A stretch of DNA of 63,904 nt, the filler included, from an uncultured bacterium (GTDB lineage Bacteria > DAOPZR01), in NCBI GenBank assembly GCA_964637655.1. It is 7 parts of 7 records of this genome, joined end to end, with 100 filler letters (N's around TTAATTAATTAA, not from the genome) between each part and the next. Parts side by side here need not be neighbours in the genome. Positions count along the whole stretch, not along the records: positions 47,345 to 56,518 come from CAZWUZ010000155.1; positions 56,619 to 63,904 come from CAZWUZ010000195.1; 5 more parts are not named here. One strand, 5' to 3'. How positions within the stretch are numbered: the first letter of the stretch is position 1; every line of letters begins with the position of its first letter. The notes under the pieces were generated by a model. The model worked only from the letters and a program-made list of their open reading frames with translations. It did not search any database and was not told the DNA's origin. Position numbers and translations under genes: made by a program. This document shows, one piece after another, positions 48,076 through 57,634 of this stretch.

Positions 48076-48109
48076 CAGCGGCGACGGGATAACCGTCGCC
48101 GCTGTTTTT
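48076..48109 (+). terminator. Rho-independent terminator
   Basis: cagcggcgacgg-gataa-ccgtcgccgctg followed by TTTTT. Confidence 0.85.
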
Positions 48110-48156
48110 ATGTATGCCGGTTGGCACCCGCTGGCAAACTGATTCTCGCGCGGTAC

Positions 48157-48185
48157 TTGCCCCGGGAAATGGATTAGGTTACACT
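48157..48185 (+). promoter_or_regulatory. Sigma70-type promoter
   Basis: TTGCCC-N17-TACACT upstream of GGAGG and the ATG at 48206. Confidence 0.55.
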
Positions 48186-48205
48186 CGGTTTCGCGGAGGA
48201 ACACC

Positions 48206-49738
48206 ATGGTTGCCGAAAGGTGTGATGTCGACGGCGTTGCCTTAACATTGATTTTGCCTGCCCAGTTGCAATTCAAGTCGGTTGCGGTGGGGTTCGTGTG
48301 CAATTCCGCTGCCGCCATGGGTTTTACCCGGCATGAAATTGAACAGATCGAGTTAGCGGTGGACGAGGCGCTTACGAATGTCGCGGAGCATGCGCTGGCG
48401 GATACGCCGGATGCCGGATACACGTTGACCTGTCGCGATACCGGAACGGGCATAGCCGTTGTTATCGATGAAAAGGGCCTGCCCTTCGACCCTGAAGCGG
48501 TTCCCGTCTACGATCCGCAGCGCGCGGCGGTTGAACCGGAGCAGGCAGGATTGGGCCTGCACCTGATGCGGCGGATGATGGACCAGGTTGAATTTCGCAA
48601 TCTCGGGCGGGACGGCAAGCAGACCATCCTGACCAGGCACCTCGCAACCAAACGCATAGATAATCTGCTGGCGGCGGCAACCGGGACGCCGGCGCTGCCG
48701 GTCCCGGCGACTCCGACCGGAACCTGGCGCATCCGGGAATTTGCCCCGCGCGACGCCCTGGGGATTGCCCGCTCGGCCTATCGCACTTATGGCTACACCT
48801 ACGAACCGTTCATTTACTACCCGGAACAGATCACGGCGATGAATGCGCGCGGGGAATTGCTCTCGCTGGTGGCGGTGAACGAAGAGGATGAAGTAGTGGG
48901 CCATATCGCGCTGAAATTTCGTCCGGATATGCCCGCACTGGCCGAGGTGGGGGTCGGGTTGGTGATCCCGGAATATCGCAACCGCAGGATATTCGACCGG
49001 TTGCTGGAACAGATTCATGCGCGGGCCGTGGCGCGCGGTCTGACCGGCCTGTTTTCCCGGCCGGTGACCAGCCATGCGGTATCGCAAAAATTTGTGGAGA
49101 AGTTCCTGCATCAGGTCCCGGTCGGTATCCTGCTGGGGATCTTTCCCGACGACGTGGAATTCAAAAAAATGACCGGCAAGGTGCGGCAGAAGGAAAGCGC
49201 CATAATCTACTACGGAATGTTGCGGGCAGCTCCGGCGCGCACGGTATTCCTGCCGCCCGGCTGCCGCGACCGGGTGCTGGCGGTCTTTTCCTCGCTTAAT
49301 ATCCCGGTGATCACGGGTGCGGTGGACGGCGCGGCGGCAGCGGGCGAGACGGAATTGCACAGCAGCACCTGCGAGGTGCTTAACGTGGCGGAATTGCGCG
49401 TGCCGGTGCTTGGCGTTAATGTACTGGCGGAAATCGACCGCGTCCGACGCGAATTATGTTTGCGGCATATAGACGTTATCTACCTTTATCTTGACCTGGA
49501 AGACCCGCTGGCCGCCGCGGTGGGTGAGGCGTGCTGTCGCGCCGGTTTCCTTTTCGCCGGGTTGCTGCCTTTCGCCGGCTGCGGCCGCCATACGCTCATC
49601 CTGCAATATCTCAATAATCTCGCCATCGATTACGCGGCGATCAGGCCGTTTTCGCCGGTGGCGCGCGATCTGCTGTCGTATGTGCACAGCACCGGCGCGC
49701 CTGACGGCCATGGAGACGCAAATGCCTCAGCAGTATGA
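48206..49738 (+). CDS. RsbW-like HATPase (anti-sigma/Ser kinase) fused to a GNAT acyltransferase domain
   Basis: IELAVDEALTNVAEHA...IDEKGLPFDP...GLGLHLMRRMMDQV, then VVGHIAL...GLVIPEYRNRRIF. Confidence 0.78.
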   Translation: MVAERCDVDGVALTLILPAQLQFKSVAVGFVCNSAAAMGFTRHEIEQIELAVDEALTNVAEHALADTPDAGYTLTCRDTGTGIAVVIDEKGLPFDPEAVPVYDPQRAAVEPEQAGLGLHLMRRMMDQVEFRNLGRDGKQTILTRHLATKRIDNLLAAATGTPALPVPATPTGTWRIREFAPRDALGIARSAYRTYGYTYEPFIYYPEQITAMNARGELLSLVAVNEEDEVVGHIALKFRPDMPALAEVGVGLVIPEYRNRRIFDRLLEQIHARAVARGLTGLFSRPVTSHAVSQKFVEKFLHQVPVGILLGIFPDDVEFKKMTGKVRQKESAIIYYGMLRAAPARTVFLPPGCRDRVLAVFSSLNIPVITGAVDGAAAAGETELHSSTCEVLNVAELRVPVLGVNVLAEIDRVRRELCLRHIDVIYLYLDLEDPLAAAVGEACCRAGFLFAGLLPFAGCGRHTLILQYLNNLAIDYAAIRPFSPVARDLLSYVHSTGAPDGHGDANASAV

Positions 49739-50549
49739 ACAGGTGTATCAGCGCAATATCGGGCTCTTTACCGCCGACCAACAGGAGAAGCTGCGCCGGG
49801 CGAAGGTGACGGTGGCCGGAGTCGGCGGGGTGGGCGGGTATCAGGCAGTGGCGCTGGCGCGGCAGGGGATTGGCGAACTGGCGATTATCGATCCCGGCGT
49901 CTTCGATCCGCCGGACATGAACCGCCAGTACGGCGCCATGGCCTCGACAATCGGCCGTAACAAGGCGGAAGTGACTGCCGAATTGCTGCGCGACATCAAC
50001 CCGCATATGCGGGTGCGGGTGGTGGCGCGCTGCATCGATGACGTGGAGGAAATGCGCGCGTTCATGGTCGGGTCGGCGCTGGTCGTTGACGCCATCGACT
50101 ATGCGGGATTCAATCACAAGCAGCTGTTCCATCAGTGCGCCCGCGAACAGGGAATGCCCATCCTGTCGGGACCCATTCCCGGCTTTGGTGCCACCCTGAT
50201 GGTCTTTGCACCGCACGGGATGACGGTTGAGGAATTCTATTCAGCCCCGGCCGAGCGCGCTGCCTGGCCGGGCCATATGCTGCCGATCGATCGCCTGCTG
50301 CCCGCTTCGCTTATTCCGCCCCCGCTGGCGGCGTTCGCGGCCGGGGAAGCGCCATATCTGACCAGTAACGGCGCGGCGGCGCAATTGGCCGGTGGTCTGA
50401 TCGGTTTGGAAGCGGCGCTGATGATTGCCGGGCTGCGCACGCTGGCGGAGCAGGTGGTGGTGCCCGAAGTCTTGTACCTCGATGCGGTGCATTATGCCTG
50501 CATTCGCTTCAACCCCCTGACCCGCACGGAGGTGTCGCATGCGCGATAA
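49722..50549 (+). CDS. ThiF/E1-like adenylyltransferase
   Basis: YQRNIG...QEKLRRAKVTVAGVGGVG, IDPGVFDPPDMNRQ, IGRNKAEV, DINP, VVDAID. Confidence 0.88.
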   Translation: MPQQYEQVYQRNIGLFTADQQEKLRRAKVTVAGVGGVGGYQAVALARQGIGELAIIDPGVFDPPDMNRQYGAMASTIGRNKAEVTAELLRDINPHMRVRVVARCIDDVEEMRAFMVGSALVVDAIDYAGFNHKQLFHQCAREQGMPILSGPIPGFGATLMVFAPHGMTVEEFYSAPAERAAWPGHMLPIDRLLPASLIPPPLAAFAAGEAPYLTSNGAAAQLAGGLIGLEAALMIAGLRTLAEQVVVPEVLYLDAVHYACIRFNPLTRTEVSHAR

Positions 50550-51933
50550 AGTTGCTGAACGGGTGGCGCTGCTGACGGATGCCGGCAGTTTCACGGAATT
50601 CGTTCCGGCCAGTCCGGCGGGCTGGGTGACTGGTACAGCTAAGGTTAATGGCCGCCGGGTTTATCTTGCCCTGATCGATCCGGAAACGGTGCCGGCCAAT
50701 GGGTTTGCCAGTCACTTGCATATGCTCGAGCTGCTGGACCGGGTGCGCACCGCTCCGGCGCCCGTGATCACGGTGTTCGATACGCCGGCCCAGCATCAGC
50801 GGGCAGATCGCAGCCCGATCCCGCAGGAACCGCAGCGCCTGCTCGCGGATAAGCGCGGGGTGGGGCGCTGGTATGTGCTGCAGGCGCGGCTGTCGGGCAA
50901 GGTGCCGCAAATCGCCGTCGTTTGCAGTCGCATGGGCGCGGCTCTGACCTTTCCCATTGCGCTTTGCGATGCCGCGGTGTTCACGGTCGGCTCCGGCATG
51001 AGCGTGGGCCGGCCGGATGTGGTGGAGAAAATGCTGCGGGAAGCGGTTGACTACGGGCAGTTGGGCGGCGGACAGATGCACTGCGCCGTGTCGGGCTCGG
51101 CCGATCTGGCGGAAGTGACGGAAGCGGCGGCGTTCGCCTGGGTGAAACGCTACCTCGCGTATTTCCCCGTTGCGTCCGGCGGCGCACTCCCGACGCTGGC
51201 GGCGGCGCCGCCTGATGCCGCCGCCAAGCCGCTGGCGACGCTTGTGCCCAAGGACCCCAATTGGGGCTTTGCCATGGTCGATCTGATCCGCGCGGTGGTT
51301 GACGGCGATTCGCTCTGCCAGTTGCGGGAGGGGTACGCCGGCGAACTGATCACCGGCCTCGCCGCGGTCGAAGGCCGCGTCTGCGGGATTATCGCCAACA
51401 ACACTATGCTGCGCGGCGGCCTGTTCTTTCCGGAGTCATCGCGCAAGGCGGCTCGTTTCGTTTCGCTTTGCGATGCGTTTGGTATCCCCCTGGTTTTTCT
51501 CGCTGATTCGGCCGGGTTCATGGTCGGTAAGCAGGTCGAGCAGGGCGGGAGCATTCGCGCCGCGGCGCAGCTCTTTGCGGAGCTGGCCAATGCCGTGGTG
51601 CCAAAGCTGTCGATTGCCGTGCGTCGCGATTATACCGCGGGCGTGTACGCGATGGCCGGACCCGGGTTCGAGCCCGACCGCTTTCTCGCCCTGCCGACCG
51701 CGGTCATCTCGATTTACGGCAAGCTGGTGGCGGAAAAACTGGACGCCACGGACCGGGAACAGCAGAGTCGTGATGAGATGCTGGCGGGCGCGGCCAATCC
51801 CGAATTGCTGGCGCAGCAGGGCCTGGTCGATGCGGTTATTCAGCCGGACGATTTGCGCCCGGCCATCAGCGATTTTCTCGCCCGGGCGGCGGGCCGGGGG
51901 TCGGCTTCCGGCCGGCCGCTGCTGCTGGGATAG
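50539..51933 (+). CDS. Acyl-CoA carboxyltransferase-beta/decarboxylase-like protein
   Basis: SGKVPQI, LGGGQMHCAVSG, KAARFVSLCDAFGIPLVFLADSAGFMVG; N-terminal half degenerate. Confidence 0.85.
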   Translation: MRDKVAERVALLTDAGSFTEFVPASPAGWVTGTAKVNGRRVYLALIDPETVPANGFASHLHMLELLDRVRTAPAPVITVFDTPAQHQRADRSPIPQEPQRLLADKRGVGRWYVLQARLSGKVPQIAVVCSRMGAALTFPIALCDAAVFTVGSGMSVGRPDVVEKMLREAVDYGQLGGGQMHCAVSGSADLAEVTEAAAFAWVKRYLAYFPVASGGALPTLAAAPPDAAAKPLATLVPKDPNWGFAMVDLIRAVVDGDSLCQLREGYAGELITGLAAVEGRVCGIIANNTMLRGGLFFPESSRKAARFVSLCDAFGIPLVFLADSAGFMVGKQVEQGGSIRAAAQLFAELANAVVPKLSIAVRRDYTAGVYAMAGPGFEPDRFLALPTAVISIYGKLVAEKLDATDREQQSRDEMLAGAANPELLAQQGLVDAVIQPDDLRPAISDFLARAAGRGSASGRPLLLG

Positions 51934-51944
51934 CAGCGATTAAC

Positions 51945-53378
51945 ATGGAGGAGAGCATGCGTCCGGTGCTGCAATATCGCTGGCGGATCGAGTTGCTGAT
52001 GGACCGGCCGGCGGCGGTCTATTACGGTCTGCGCAATTACCCGGGCAACCAGCGCCAGGTGCTGACGGTCAGTGCGCCGCTGGCGAAGATACTGGCGGCG
52101 CTCGATGGTAAGCGGCCGCTGGCTGAACTGGCGCTCGCCCCGGAGCTGGCACCGGAGCTGCGGACGCTGATCGCCGAGGGGGTGGTGGTGGACGCGGCCG
52201 CGCGCCGCATGGCGTCGACCCGGGACCGGCACCGTACCTGTGTGGCCTGCATCAATAACGACTATGTCATACCCGGTCTGGAATTCGACGCCGCGGGGGT
52301 CTGTGCTTTCTGCCAGTGTTACCGTCAGGCCGATCCGGCCCGGCGTTCGACCCTGCACACGGTTACCGAAGAGGAATTGCTGGCGACGGTGCACGCCCGG
52401 CCGGGCGTGCGGTTCGATGTGCTGGTGTTCTATACCGGCGGCAAGGACTCGTCGTTCCAACTGTGGTATCTGGCGAAGCGGCTGAAATTGCGCGTGCTGG
52501 CGGCGTTCTGGGACATGCCCTACACGCATCAGACGGCGCGCGACAATATCCGCCGCGCCCGCGCCTGCCTGCCGGAAGTCGAATTTATCGAGTGGACGAT
52601 TGCCTGGGACACTGTGCGCACGGCGATGCGCGACCAACTGCGGCAGTTCGGCTGGCCGTGCCTGTGCCCGAGCGCGGCGTTTCCGCTGTTCTATCCGCTC
52701 GCGTTTCGCGAACGGATCCCTTTCGTGCTGTTCGGCATGGAGGACGCGCAGGCGGCGGTGATGGACTATGTGTTCGCCCGCCCGGCGCCGGCGGGCCAGC
52801 TGCCGCCGCCGCGCGCGCAGACGCTTGATTTTCTCAAGGTGCGCGCCCTGCCGCGCCCGCTGCGGCCGCCGGTGACCTGGGAGGCCGATCTCGCCAATTA
52901 TCATGCGTCGGTGCGCAATGTCCTGGCGCCGGTATACAACGATTTGGTGGACATCGTCCGCCGCGCTGAAACCGACCCGGCGCTGCCGATCCCGCTGGTC
53001 AAGCGGCTGTGCACCGACAAGAACTACGGGACCTGGTCCGAGGTGTTTCAGGTGCTGCAGCGTGAGCTCGACTGGCGGATGCCGCCGCAGGAGAGCATGC
53101 TGCATACCAGCTGCCGCATCGAGGCGGTCAAGGATTACTGCCAGTTCCGCCGTTTTCAGGCGATGCGCACGGTGTTTTTCCCGCAGTCGCTGGTGGAGAT
53201 CAGCGCGGCCGTTCATTTTGGCCTGCTGACCCGTGCCGAAGCGCTGCGCCAGTCGCGCGAATTGGGCTATCTGGCGCCGCCGCCGGTGCTGGCGGAACTG
53301 CAGCGCGATCTGCAAATCAGCGAAGAAGATATCCGCACCAGCCGCGACGAACTCGCCTGCGTGCTGGGCGACAGTTAA
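51945..53378 (+). CDS. PP-loop (AANH; WbuX/N-acetyl-sugar amidotransferase-like) enzyme with an N-terminal PqqD/RRE-like domain
   Basis: ILAALDGKRPLAEL...LRTLIAEGVV; CVAC...GVCAFC; TGGKDSS; HTSC...GLLTRAEAL. Confidence 0.7.
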   Translation: MEESMRPVLQYRWRIELLMDRPAAVYYGLRNYPGNQRQVLTVSAPLAKILAALDGKRPLAELALAPELAPELRTLIAEGVVVDAAARRMASTRDRHRTCVACINNDYVIPGLEFDAAGVCAFCQCYRQADPARRSTLHTVTEEELLATVHARPGVRFDVLVFYTGGKDSSFQLWYLAKRLKLRVLAAFWDMPYTHQTARDNIRRARACLPEVEFIEWTIAWDTVRTAMRDQLRQFGWPCLCPSAAFPLFYPLAFRERIPFVLFGMEDAQAAVMDYVFARPAPAGQLPPPRAQTLDFLKVRALPRPLRPPVTWEADLANYHASVRNVLAPVYNDLVDIVRRAETDPALPIPLVKRLCTDKNYGTWSEVFQVLQRELDWRMPPQESMLHTSCRIEAVKDYCQFRRFQAMRTVFFPQSLVEISAAVHFGLLTRAEALRQSRELGYLAPPPVLAELQRDLQISEEDIRTSRDELACVLGDS

Positions 53379-54589
53379 CTGCGGGCGGCGGTTTCCTGCC
53401 GCGCCGCCCGGCGCAGATACTTGCCGATCAGCAGTGCCCCGCCGAGCCCGAGCATGCCGCCGCCGCCGATGACGTGCGCTTCCCCGATTCGGTCCGCCAG
53501 CCCGCCGCCCAACAGTCCGCCCACCGGTATCAGTCCGATAAAGGCGCCCGTGTAAATGGCCATGACCCGGCCCCGCAGTTGCTGCGGGACGGTGGTCTGC
53601 AGCCAGGCGGTCGACGTGGCCTGCTGAATCATGAACCCGAACCCGGCGACCAGCAGCAGCGGCAGCGCCGCCGTCAGGGTGCCGGTCAGGCCGAGCGCGA
53701 TCAGGGCACCGTTGAACAGCATGCAGCCGGCCACCGGGAGCTGCGCGGTGCTGCGGCCCGGGTGCCGCGCGGCGAGGAGCAGGGCGCCGAGCAGGGCGCC
53801 GCCGCCGTTGACCGCCATGAGCAGGCCGAGGGTGCCGGCCTCGCCGTGCAGGATGCGGTGTGTGTAAGCAGGCATGATGACAAGATACGGCAGTCCGGCA
53901 ACCGACGTCAGCACCAGCAGTGCCAGCAGCAGGCGTGTGATGCGATGGTGGCGGATGTATGACAGTCCTTCGCGGAACTCGCTGACCAGCGAACGGGTCG
54001 GGCCGGCCGCTGCCGCCGGGATGCGCATCAGCAGGTAACAGCCGACCACCGGAATATAGGAAATGCCGTTGGCGAAAAAACACCAGCCCTCGCCGATGAA
54101 CGGGATGGCGGCGCCCGCCAGCGCCGGGCCGGCAAGTCGCGCGCCGTTGAAGACCGCGGCGTTGAGCGCGACGGCGCTGGTCATGGCCGGTTTGGCGACG
54201 AGTTCGGGCAGCAGCGCCTGGCGCGCCGGAATGTCGACGGCGCCGACCAGCCCGCACAGGCAGGCGATGACCATGATATGCAGCGGGGTGATCAGCGCCG
54301 TCAGCGTCAGTGCGGCCAGCAGCAGGGCGAGCAAGGTGAAAAGTAGTTGCGTGATAATGAGCAAAGTGCGCCGGCTGTAACGGTCGGCGAAAACACCGGC
54401 GAATGGCGCCAGCAGCGCCTGCGGCGCATTTTGCAGCAGGGCGAGGAAGCCGAGAATGGCGGCCGATCCGGTCAGGCGATAGACCAGCCAGGCCTGCGCC
54501 ACCTGCTGCAGCCAGGTCCCGGTCAGGGAAACGATTTGTCCGGAAAAGAACAGGCGGTAATTGCGCGAAGCGAGGGCGGGCGGCAGCAT
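53375..54589 (-). CDS. MFS transporter (MFS_3/EntS-like)
   Basis: RNYRLFFSGQIVSLTGTWLQQVAQAWLVY, GVFADRYSRR, PQQLRGRVM. Confidence 0.9.
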   Translation of the reverse strand: MLPPALASRNYRLFFSGQIVSLTGTWLQQVAQAWLVYRLTGSAAILGFLALLQNAPQALLAPFAGVFADRYSRRTLLIITQLLFTLLALLLAALTLTALITPLHIMVIACLCGLVGAVDIPARQALLPELVAKPAMTSAVALNAAVFNGARLAGPALAGAAIPFIGEGWCFFANGISYIPVVGCYLLMRIPAAAAGPTRSLVSEFREGLSYIRHHRITRLLLALLVLTSVAGLPYLVIMPAYTHRILHGEAGTLGLLMAVNGGGALLGALLLAARHPGRSTAQLPVAGCMLFNGALIALGLTGTLTAALPLLLVAGFGFMIQQATSTAWLQTTVPQQLRGRVMAIYTGAFIGLIPVGGLLGGGLADRIGEAHVIGGGGMLGLGGALLIGKYLRRAARQETAARS

Positions 54590-56136
54590 CAGGTTCGGTG
54601 CAGGTTGCCGTCGGGGTCGAGCATGGCCAGTAGCGTCGCGCGGTCGAGCTTGCCGGCCGGCGTGGCGGGCAGTTCGTCGAGGACGATCCAGCGGTCCGGC
54701 AGGCGCGGGCCCATGAGCAGTGTGGCGAGGTGTTGCTCCAGTTCCGCGGCGGTGGGCGCAGGCGTGCCGTTGACCGCGACGAAGGCGATGACCTTCGCGC
54801 CGTGCCGCTCGTCGGGAATGCCGATTACGCCGCTGCGCCGCACGCGCGGGTTCCGGTTGATAGCGTCTTCGACTTCGCCGGGGGATATGTTGCAGGTGTC
54901 GCGGACGATCATGTTCTTGCAGCGTCCGACGAAATAGTAATAGCCGTCCGCGTCCCGCCGCGCCAGGTCGCCGGTATGCAGCCAGTCGTCGCGCAGGGCG
55001 CGCGCGGTGTTTTCCGGGTCGTTCCAGTAGCCGGCCATCATCGTCTTTGCGCGGACGAGGATTTCGCCGGGTTCGCCCTCCACCACGGCGCGGCCGGTAT
55101 TGTCGATGAGGCGGATATCGACTCCGGGCAGGGGCTTGCCCATCGACCCGGTTTTATGTGCGGTGCCGGGCGGGGTGGTCATGTAAGTGCTGCATTCGGT
55201 CATGCCGATGCTTTCGCTCAGCGGGAAGCCGAGCAATTCATGGAAGCGCTGATGCAGCCGCTCCGAAACCACGTCGCCGCCGCAGCTGGCGTAGCGCAGG
55301 TCGCGACATGCGGACGGCGCAAAATCCGGCAGTTCGAGGACATCCCAAAGTTGCGACGGGCCCGCGGCCAGGCAGGTGGCGCGCTGCCGGGTCAGGAGCG
55401 TGAGGAAAATCTCCGGGGTGCATTGCACGGGGAAGATGGCGGTGCCGCCGGCGAAGAGCATGGGCAGCAGGGCGGTGGAAAATGCCGCGCCGTGCGCGAG
55501 GTAACCGCTGTTGAGGTAGCGGTCTGACGCGGTCAGTTGCAGGCCGCGGGCGCGGTTCATGGCGCAGGCGACGAGCGATTGCTGTGTGTGGGTCACCCCT
55601 TTGGGCTGACTGGTGCTGCCCGAGGTATAGAGGATGATCGCCGGGTCCGCGGGCTGCAACGTCGGCCAGTCCGTAACCGCCGGCGCCTTGGCGACGACGG
55701 TTTGCCAGGCCTGCGGTTCGCCGGCCGGAATATCGGTGATGAAGATCCGCTCCAGCGACAGGACGCTGCTGCGCAGGTCTTTGATGACGGGATAAAGTTT
55801 TTGGCTGGCCAGCAGGAAGCGGGCGGAACAGTGGTTGAGCGCGTAAATCACTTCCGGGGCCTTGCTGTAGCAGCTTACCGGCACCGCAATCACGCCGGCG
55901 CGCGAGCAGGCGAGGTAAAGGACGATGATTTCGGGGATATTATGCATGAACAGGCTGACGCGGTCGCCCGGCCGGACGCCAAGCCCGAGCAAGGCGCGCG
56001 CCCCGGCTTCCACTGCGTCGGCAAGTTCGCGATAAGGGAGCTGCTGGTTGCCGCAGATGACGGCGGTATGGTCAGGCGTGCTTGCGGCTGCTGCTGTGTG
56101 AAGTTGATGGATGAACACGGTAATTCCTCCATGCAT
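54589..56136 (-). CDS. Acyl-CoA synthetase / AMP-binding enzyme
   Basis: ILYTSGSTSQPKG, GMTE, WLHTGDL, PAGKLDR. Confidence 0.9.
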   Translation of the reverse strand: MHGGITVFIHQLHTAAAASTPDHTAVICGNQQLPYRELADAVEAGARALLGLGVRPGDRVSLFMHNIPEIIVLYLACSRAGVIAVPVSCYSKAPEVIYALNHCSARFLLASQKLYPVIKDLRSSVLSLERIFITDIPAGEPQAWQTVVAKAPAVTDWPTLQPADPAIILYTSGSTSQPKGVTHTQQSLVACAMNRARGLQLTASDRYLNSGYLAHGAAFSTALLPMLFAGGTAIFPVQCTPEIFLTLLTRQRATCLAAGPSQLWDVLELPDFAPSACRDLRYASCGGDVVSERLHQRFHELLGFPLSESIGMTECSTYMTTPPGTAHKTGSMGKPLPGVDIRLIDNTGRAVVEGEPGEILVRAKTMMAGYWNDPENTARALRDDWLHTGDLARRDADGYYYFVGRCKNMIVRDTCNISPGEVEDAINRNPRVRRSGVIGIPDERHGAKVIAFVAVNGTPAPTAAELEQHLATLLMGPRLPDRWIVLDELPATPAGKLDRATLLAMLDPDGNLHRT

Positions 56137-56166
56137 CAGGGTTAAAAGCTGCTTGTTCTTCCGGAG

Positions 56167-56502
56167 TCAGATTTCCTGCAGGGCCTGCGCTCGGGTCGGG
56201 AAAATCCTGATGGCGCTGCTGACGGAAGCGTTCGCGAACATCTGCCCGATTCCCTTGTTGACGCCGCAGACGGCGAACGACCCGCCGAGCGTATTCATCT
56301 TGTCCTGGGCCGAGAGCAGGATCACCAGCGCCTGGTGCGCAAGGAACTCGGTTTCGCTCAAATCGATTACCACCTTGCCGCCGGGCGTGTCCGTCAGCGT
56401 GTTGATGGCGTCGCGCAGCTGCCGCGCGTGATGGGCCGAGATGCTGCCGCGGCAGGAAATCACCTTAGTCCGTAGGACATTCAATCCCCGCCTCCGCGCC
56501 AT
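56167..56502 (-). CDS. STAS-domain anti-sigma factor antagonist
   Basis: VISCRGSI...KVVIDLSETEFL...IRIFPTRAQAL. Confidence 0.75.
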   Translation of the reverse strand: MARRRGLNVLRTKVISCRGSISAHHARQLRDAINTLTDTPGGKVVIDLSETEFLAHQALVILLSAQDKMNTLGGSFAVCGVNKGIGQMFANASVSSAIRIFPTRAQALQEI

Positions 56503-56618
56503 TTTCCTATTGCTGACTNNNNNNNNNNNNNNNNNNNNNNNNNNNNNNNNNNNNNNNNNNNNTTAATTAATTAANNNNNNNNNNNNNNNNNNNNNNNNNN
56601 NNNNNNNNNNNNNNNNNN

Positions 56619-56745
56619 GTTCGTCACGCAATGCCTCGTTGACCAGTTCTGAGACCGATTGTGCAGTTTCGAGCGATTTCAACCGCAGTGCCCGATGCAC
56701 CGCCGGATCAAGATATACCGTCGCCCGCTTGGTCAATGCTGTCAT
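56619..56745 (-). CDS. CopG/RHH-type antitoxin-like regulator, 3'-truncated
   Basis: KRATVYLDPAVHRALRLKSLETAQSVSELVNEALR. Confidence 0.8.
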
Positions 56746-56771
56746 GTGCCACCTCCCGCTGGTGTTGTGAC

Positions 56772-56800
56772 ATCATAGCACTGTAACGTTATAGCGTCAA
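56772..56800 (-). promoter_or_regulatory. Sigma70 promoter with an internal near-palindromic operator
   Basis: TTGACG-N17-TATGAT; the spacer holds CTATAACGTTACAG (one mismatch from a palindrome), a plausible RHH autoregulation site. Confidence 0.7.
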
Positions 56801-56839
56801 TAGCCCAACGCGGCGCGAAGCGGAAGGCGTGGAACGACA

Positions 56840-57634
56840 TCAAAGTAGCAAACCCCAGACCGTTTGCAGGGCCCGGACAAAGACCGTATCAAGCAGTTCA
56901 CGCGGGACGTTCTCGCAATGCAGGGTGGCCGCATACGCGCGGAAGTGTGCCAGGCGCTCTTCGATAAAATCGTTCACGACATCGAGGCGCGGTTCAAGGC
57001 CGAGTTCTTCTTCCGCCAGTTTGCGCGCCAGCAGGCGGTCAAGTGCCGGGCGCAGCGCCGCGGGTGCCTGCGTGTCGAGCAGTTCGGCGTACGCCATGGG
57101 CGGCATCGTGCCACGCTGCTCGATCCACTGGCAGGCAAAGACGGGGCGCAGCACGTAAAAATACTTCTTGATGCGCACCTGCTCTCCCTTGAGGTATTCT
57201 CGGAAATTCCCCTCGGCCATGTGCAGGTAATGATAGAGCGCGCGGGCCGGCAAGAAACACGTCGGCAGCAGGTCGCGCAACTGCTGTGCAACCGGCGACT
57301 CCTCGTGATAGATGTGGTGCGACACCAGCCACTCCATGAGCGGCGGATTCGATTTGCGGAACAGTTGCAGGGCCTTGCGCAGGTCCCAACCGCTGTAATC
57401 GAAAGTAGCGTCGACGGGATACTCGATCACATCACGCCCGGGCTCGATGGTCAGGTACCAGGCGGGGCGGTGCAGGTAGACGAAGCGCACATCATAGTCG
57501 CTGTCCTGCGACGGAAAGCCCCAGGCGCGGCTGCCTGATTCGACTGCCAGCAGAATGCGCACGTCATGCTCCGCCGCGATACGCGGCAGGCGGGCGCGGA
57601 TAACCGCGCGGTTTTGCTCAGGCGACGCCATCAT
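56840..57634 (-). CDS. Pol-beta-superfamily nucleotidyltransferase (YcgL/RlaP-like)
   Basis: AVESGSRAWGFPSQDSDYDVRF, GWDLRKAL, KKYFYVLRP. Confidence 0.88.
   Translation of the reverse strand: MMASPEQNRAVIRARLPRIAAEHDVRILLAVESGSRAWGFPSQDSDYDVRFVYLHRPAWYLTIEPGRDVIEYPVDATFDYSGWDLRKALQLFRKSNPPLMEWLVSHHIYHEESPVAQQLRDLLPTCFLPARALYHYLHMAEGNFREYLKGEQVRIKKYFYVLRPVFACQWIEQRGTMPPMAYAELLDTQAPAALRPALDRLLARKLAEEELGLEPRLDVVNDFIEERLAHFRAYAATLHCENVPRELLDTVFVRALQTVWGLLL

Noticed and set aside
47297-48127. 276-aa minus-strand Cys/Arg-rich ORF
   Set aside because: Chimeric reading: antisense of the plus-strand ORF, then the HEAT fragment, then the IS end.
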